From Phoronis australis (lineage: Eukaryota; Animalia; Phoronida): a DNA stretch of 64,000 bases. Position 1 is the first letter of the stretch. Every line of letters starts with the position of its first letter. The stretch lies in NCBI GenBank assembly GCA_002633005.1, contig NMRA01000283.1:471583-535582 (forward strand). The letters run 5' to 3'. Made by a program: the position numbers and the translations under genes. The notes beneath the pieces are model-generated. The model was not told where the DNA came from. It did not search any database and was given only the letters and a program-made list of their open reading frames with translations. Positions 57,941 through 64,000 of this stretch are shown here, piece by piece.

Positions 57941-60474
57941 TACAAGTACCCTGTAATACAAGGTAATTTACCATACTTTGTGCAACCCAGACATTCAAGC
58001 TAAGCTGAAACACAAATATTACTGTTCACAATCTAATCAATAAGAAAACCAGCATGTGAAAATGGATACAAATAGACCTCTGCCAAGTTCAGTAATAAAA
58101 ATTTATGGCTCTATCCTGGTGCCAATGGTTGGTGAATGCTGATGAACGGAAAGTTTTGTTTTATAGAATTGCCTAATGCACAAAATGCATAACGACACTG
58201 ACACTACGTAAGTACGGGACAACACGAACACTATATTTGCAAGGCAGGGAAAGCTTTTGAAATCGTAACATGAGTGCCGTTCATCAGTCTTTCCTGGCCG
58301 ATGTATTTTGGAATTTCAGAAATATTTCAGGACGAAATACACGGAATTAATTCCGGTTACCTTCCAAAAGAATTTATGAATAACGAAAACTTACCTCGCC
58401 CCTATTGGCAGACACTGACACTGCACAACCGGAATTTTAATTGAACCTACAAACGACGTAGGTCATAAAAATTTTCCGGCATTAATCCAGCGAAATTTGG
58501 TGGCAAACTTGCGTCTCAAAGCAACATAGGAATGCAACTATGGAATCATGCTCACAAACAAAACAGGTTGGAGAGAGACCAGACGAGTTCATTAATTTCT
58601 TCAACAGAAAGTTTCACTGCGATAAACCTGATCTGAAGCCTGTGATTTTAGCTTGACCATATTACCACTATATGTAACTTATACTGGCCTTAACCCAATT
58701 CTTCTACTATCAGATAATATTGAGATATCAGCTTGTGCAAACTGACCCCCACCTCCTAGTTACACCTCGTGCAAGGAATGAAAGGTGGTAGAGTCATTAA
58801 CCAGTAAGTCACATTTAACAATCGGTGCAGTGCAATCGTGATAACGATGATGATAACGAGAAACTCAATCATGGTCCACTTCGTCAAGACCCCCCCCCCA
58901 ACTGTCTTAATCAGCCAGACAAAAAATGAGCGGAGAAAGGAGACAACCAATGATGTGAAATCTCTCCCACAACTGCCTACAAGTCATCACAGCCATTCAA
59001 ACATTACCTTACGTTACATAATCACACCTGGCACCATCCCGGCACAAGAAGAAGGTTGTTCAAACATGATTAGCTGGCATTCTGCCAAGAGATGACAGGT
59101 TAGAACTAAAGCATCCAACATTAAATGGTTTGCAACAATCACAGAACTCCATCAGCACAACTGCAGTTGAAAAGTTTCTGGCAAAAGAAACAAAGTTCTC
59201 CAGNTACAAGTACCATGTAATACAAGGTAATTTACCATACTCTGTGCAACCCAGACATTCAAGCTAAGCTGAAACACAAATATTACTGTTCACTACCTAA
59301 TCAATAAGAAAACCAGCATGTGAAAATGGATACAAATAGACCACTGCCAAGTTCAGTAATAAAAATTTATGGCTCTATCATGGTGCCAATGGTTGGTGAA
59401 TGCTGATGAACCGAAAGTTTTGTTTTATAGAATTGCCTAATGCACAAAATGCATAACGACTCTGACACTACGTAAGTACGGGACAACATGAACACTATAT
59501 TTGCAAGGCAGGGAAAGCTTTTGAAATCGTAACATGAGTGCCGTTCATCAGTCTTTCCTGGCCCGTGTATTTTGGAATCTCAGAAATATTTCAGGAAGAA
59601 ATACACGGAATTAATTCCGGTTACCTTCCAAAAGAATTTATGAATAACGCAAACTTACCTCGCCCCTATTGGCAGACACTGACACTGCACGACCGGAATT
59701 TTAATTGAATCTACAAACGACGTAAGTTATAAAAAAATTTCCGGCATTAATCCAGCGAAATTTGGTGGCAAACTTGCGTCTCGATGCAACATAGGAATGC
59801 AACTATGGAATCATGCTCACAAACAAAACAGGTTGGAGAGAGACCAGACGAGTTCATTAATTTCTTCAACAGAAAGTTTCACTGCAATAAACCTGATCTC
59901 AAGCCTGTGATTTTAGCTTGACCGTATTACCACTATATGTAACTTATACTGGCCTTAACCCAATTCTTCTACTATCAGATAATATTGAGATATCAGCTTG
60001 TGCAAACTGACCCCCACCTCCTAGTTACACCTCGTGCAAGGAATAAAAGGTGGTAGAGTCATTAACCAGTAAGTCACATTTAACAATCGGTGCAGTGCAA
60101 TCATGATAACGATGATGATAACGAGAAACTCAATCATGGTCCACTTCGTCAAGACCCCCCCCCCATCTGTCTTAATCAGCCAGACATAAAAAGGGCGGAG
60201 GAAGGAGACCAACCAATGTTGTGAAATCTCTCCCATATCAGCTTCTACAAGTCTTCACAGCCATTCAAACATTACCTTTCGTTACATAATCACACCTGGC
60301 ACCATCTGGCACAAGAAGAAGGTTGTTCAAACATGATTAGCTGGCATTCTGCCAAGAGATGACAGGTGAAAACTAATGCATCCAACCAACATTAAATGGT
60401 TAGAAACAATCACAGAACTCCATCAGCACAACTGCAGTTGAAAAGTTTCTGGCAAAAGAAACAAAGTTCTCCAG
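57941..60474. repeat. Tandem near-identical 1.27-kb duplication joined by a single N (57941-59203 / 59205-60474)
   Basis: Direct comparison; the junction is exactly the N at 59204. Confidence 0.92.
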
Positions 60475-61876
60475 AACTGAAAACTCAAACCTATCAGGAA
60501 ACACACCAAAGCCATCAAATGTGCCGGAAGTGCGCAGCAGGTGGCGTTGTTTGTAGTGCAAATATGCTAACAGTTGCACTATCTTAAGTACACATGTACC
60601 TGCTATGTTAGTATTGCACAGCAGCTCCCACTGAAATACATTCACTGAATTTTTTTATACGTCAACTAATAAACTGGTCACATTTTTTATTGATAAGCAG
60701 TGAATAGCAGTGTTCATAACTGAAAATCAAAGTGCATCGGAAGGCCATTCAGACACTTTGGGCACTTTTGAAGTGCCTTCAAACAAAGTCACACAGAACT
60801 GAGAGGGCACAAAGAGCTTTTCAAGTCCTCCCCTAGACACAGCTGTCAAGATCAATCTCACCACCAGGTCCACCCCTGATGAATTCAATATGTGAATGAC
60901 TTTATAAACTGCACATGGCACATTGAACTACACACCTTCCCATGCTTTGTGAGATAGAAGATTATTCCAACCTGGCATGGTCATTACTCAACATTTACCC
61001 ACACCAGTCACTTTCCCATTAGAAGCGAAACTTCGCTTTTACTGCAGCTTCGATGTAGTGGGAACACTAAAAGTGAAGCGTTGTCGAAGTTATCGCTAGA
61101 GGTCGCGGCAAAGATATTCGATCGCGCAAAATTCGCCAAACGTGTTCTTTGTTACTGTAGCGTAGTCAACTTGCTCTCGACAGACGAATGTAAATAAATA
61201 AAAGAAAGCTTGCATAAAATCTGATGAAAAATGACACTGATCATGTTCACAAACACTCGTAAATGGCAGGCAAACAATTCTCAGTTAGCTTACATCCCAC
61301 TACTCAAAATTCGTTTAAGAGTACGAATGAACTGTGTCATCTGTTGTTATAACGATAACTTCGATATCGCCATTAACTGAGGAAGGTAAGCGAAATTTTA
61401 GCGAATCTTCGGAAAATCGAAGTTGCCCAATGGGAAAGAGTTTACAAAGAAGATTTGGAAGGAATGTTGAGCCATGAAATCAAAACTAACGATCTCTAAG
61501 AACGCCTTGCAGAGGATGAATACCTAGAATGTACATGTTTAAAAACTTCCAGTCCAAGACATTTCATTGTGTTGGTAGCAAGTGGAGTGAAGTTGGACTT
61601 ACAAACCGAAAGCTGTTTTCACACATGGGGAACAATTGTCACGGCACAACTTGATCCACTTTAGTCGCATTTATACAGCATTACACGAAGACTATCCGTG
61701 CATGCTTCCATAAACAATAGCAAACATCCAAACTGCTTAGAATACTAGTGACTCACCCCTTATCACCATTACAAAGGTGTAACAGAGATGATCCCTTCTC
61801 CCTTGCCCCAGTTTGTGTTTAGACTTATAGTTGACACTGGAGCAACTCATCAGTGCAACTTACTCTTTCTCTCAAG

Positions 61877-62027
61877 CTGGTGTCAAGAATGATAGACAGT
61901 GTCCCCTTGCTCCTGGTGTCAAGAATGACAGACACAGTGTCCCCTTGCTCCTGGTGTCAAGAATGACAGACACAGTGTCCCCTTGCTTCTGGTGTCAAGA
62001 ATGACAGCCACAGTGTTCCCTTACTCC
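61877..62027. repeat. Minisatellite, 38-bp unit x4 (ctggtgtcaagaatgacagacacagtgtccccttgctc)
   Basis: Direct reading. Confidence 0.92.
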
Positions 62028-63650
62028 GTGTTAGGTGTCTATACATACATTTGCGCCCAATCACCTGTTCCCTGTTAACTGCTCAGTGACAACTGTCACC
62101 CGCGTAAATGCGGTTTAAAACATTTCAATCCGTGGATGAAGCTAGACTTAGACAACAACATGGAGTGCGATGACTGCTAGTCATTGAACAAAAAATTCAA
62201 AGCACAATAATGAATGTTTTCCATTTTCTGACCATTTCAACACCATATCAAAGCCATACAATAGGACAATAGTTGAAATATGACTGAATAAGTGTAATAC
62301 TGCTCTAAATTAGAGTCTGTATCTAACAAACTGGGCATTCGAAACAAGGTAGAAACTTAACTGCTTTGATGCAGGTGTGCATGTGTTTATGGAAGTTATT
62401 ACAATCAAGTTATACACCTAGCAATTCAAGAGTTTGGCACCAACATAAAGAATTTTTTGGGAAAGGATGAGAGTGTCTCTGGCGTTGGTTATTGTGAAAA
62501 GTGTTTCATCATCTCATTTACAGCGTTTCTAGTAACAGATCTAACTTCATCAGATAAAATCATCAAAGTGTGGACGATACACTTACCACCAGTGAAACTA
62601 AAAAAGGTACAAATTCATTGACACTACACACAGAATTATTTACAACCATGCTGGAGAACGTAGCTGCCTACATTTAGCACATCAAAACGCTACTTGTGAC
62701 AGTTACAAGGTCCAAACAATCTAAAATACCGTGGGTCTTAACATAGAAAAAGTTGGGTGACAAAAGAAGTCGTCATTCAGCAGAATATGCAGAAATGTCA
62801 ACATGTTCTAGACAAATCTCTTGTTCACCAATCACCACGCCATTTCATCAAAAGTACCTCTGCCATAAAGTTAATGTTGTACTTTGAAAACCAATATCAG
62901 GAGTTAACCTACTGGCCTCGTTTTCACTTTGATGCCATTTGGAAACAAGGCCAGTCTTGTGAGAGGTTTCATGTGGTGCAAGCAGAAGCAGGAGAAGCAA
63001 TTTTTTGGAAGCAGACCATTTTAAATTAGGAGAGCGAATTCTTGTGAAGAATACGTGAAATAGAGAATAATTTACATGATGAAAGTGCGAAAGCCAAACA
63101 TTCCAAAATTTCATTGGAAATCGTTACTCGAGAAAACGTAGGCCTGAAAGCAAGCGACTGTCTCAGAATGTTTTGAAAGGAACTGCCACTGAACAGGTAC
63201 AATTACAGAATAAACCTTGGAAGTACATGCCCCTGGGAAACTTGTCCTGCACCTAATTACTATCTTGTAATGAATCACTCCGAACACAAACAAATTTTGC
63301 CAATTATGCACAATAAAGATGACTAATTGTCATGACAATCAATACTTATTTTAATGCTATACATAAACAACAACCCATTGTCGCTATTTATTTGAAATAA
63401 TACCAAGTAAAGGCAAATAGGTAAAGCCTGGTAAAGGCATAGGACCGGAGACATTGCCGGGGCATTTGGAAATCAACATTTGACTGACAGGGTCCCTAGC
63501 TCTGACCTTCCGCCTGGTTAACTTAAAAGGACGAGGTCATGTTCACATGCACCTGGCACGAGCTCTAGAAAAATATCCAGTTGCCGATTTGGGTAACTAA
63601 ACGAAGGATTGCTCGAAAAAAGGTTGATTGCAGGAGTATCGTCCGGTTAC

Positions 63651-63700
63651 CTATTTTCGTCAGGCTCCAAAGTTCGTCCGCCATCTTGTTTCGCGTGCAG
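63651..63700 (-). promoter_or_regulatory. Candidate first exon and TSS region of the ANKRD11/12 gene with YY1-type motif AAGATGGCGG
   Basis: CpG-rich patch; caagATGGCGGac at about 63677-63688; donor ATAG|gtaacc at 63651/63650; base-composition skew flips across this point. Confidence 0.5.
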
Positions 63701-63803
63701 CGCAACCACGCGGGACTTAGCGTTCCAATTTGGAGTGCTCGTGTGCACGTTAGGTACTAACTTATCGGAAGAGACACGTATCAAAGTAATGAGATAAAAA
63801 TCG

Positions 63804-64000
63804 GTGAGTTTACCGATTGTTTTTTAAAACCACTTAAAAATCAGTAGATTTTACTAATACACTTTTTTGTGCGTTTTCAGAAGATGTTTTCGAATTTAAA
63901 TTTTCTTCCGACGGGACACAAAACATGATCCAGGGTTTGTTTATGCAATGTATCTGTTTGTCCCAGGCACTAGTAGGATCTAGAAGGCCAAAGGAAAAAT
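63804..64000 (+). other. Start of a putative divergent gene: 77-nt intron 63804-63880, then ATG at 63925 open to the window end (MIQGLFMQCICLSQALVGSRRPKEK...)
   Basis: tcg|gtgagt donor, tactaat branch site at 63852-63858, ttttttgtgcgttttcag acceptor, aaacATG context. Confidence 0.4.

Overview
Eukaryotic genomic DNA from an animal, AT-rich and most consistent with an invertebrate. No prokaryotic operons, CRISPR arrays, rRNA or functional tRNA are evident. The window is dominated by one minus-strand gene that I assembled by hand from GT-AG junctions: an ANKRD11/ANKRD12 orthologue with 11 coding exons (49536 to 16330, about 932 aa). It has the PLSERQQVALL motif, ankyrin repeats and the conserved C-terminal domain. 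A candidate first exon and bidirectional promoter lie at about 63650-63800, and a probable 3' UTR of about 3 kb runs down to about 13280. The first ~12.5 kb is a graveyard of decayed transposons: piggyBac, a Gypsy integrase with a nested solo LTR, LINE pieces, tRNA-derived SINEs and a GCD-motif element. The introns carry MITEs, a Helitron, a THAP-bearing Kolobok-like element and minisatellites. Two tandem duplications joined by a single N are probably uncollapsed haplotypes. The most interesting signals are (i) a decayed, synonymously diverged second copy of the C-terminal coding sequence right after the stop codon, (ii) a spliced uORF system in front of the main ATG, (iii) an intronic CpG-rich double-CRE element and (iv) a candidate poison exon. 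All calls come from reading the sequence; no searches were run.
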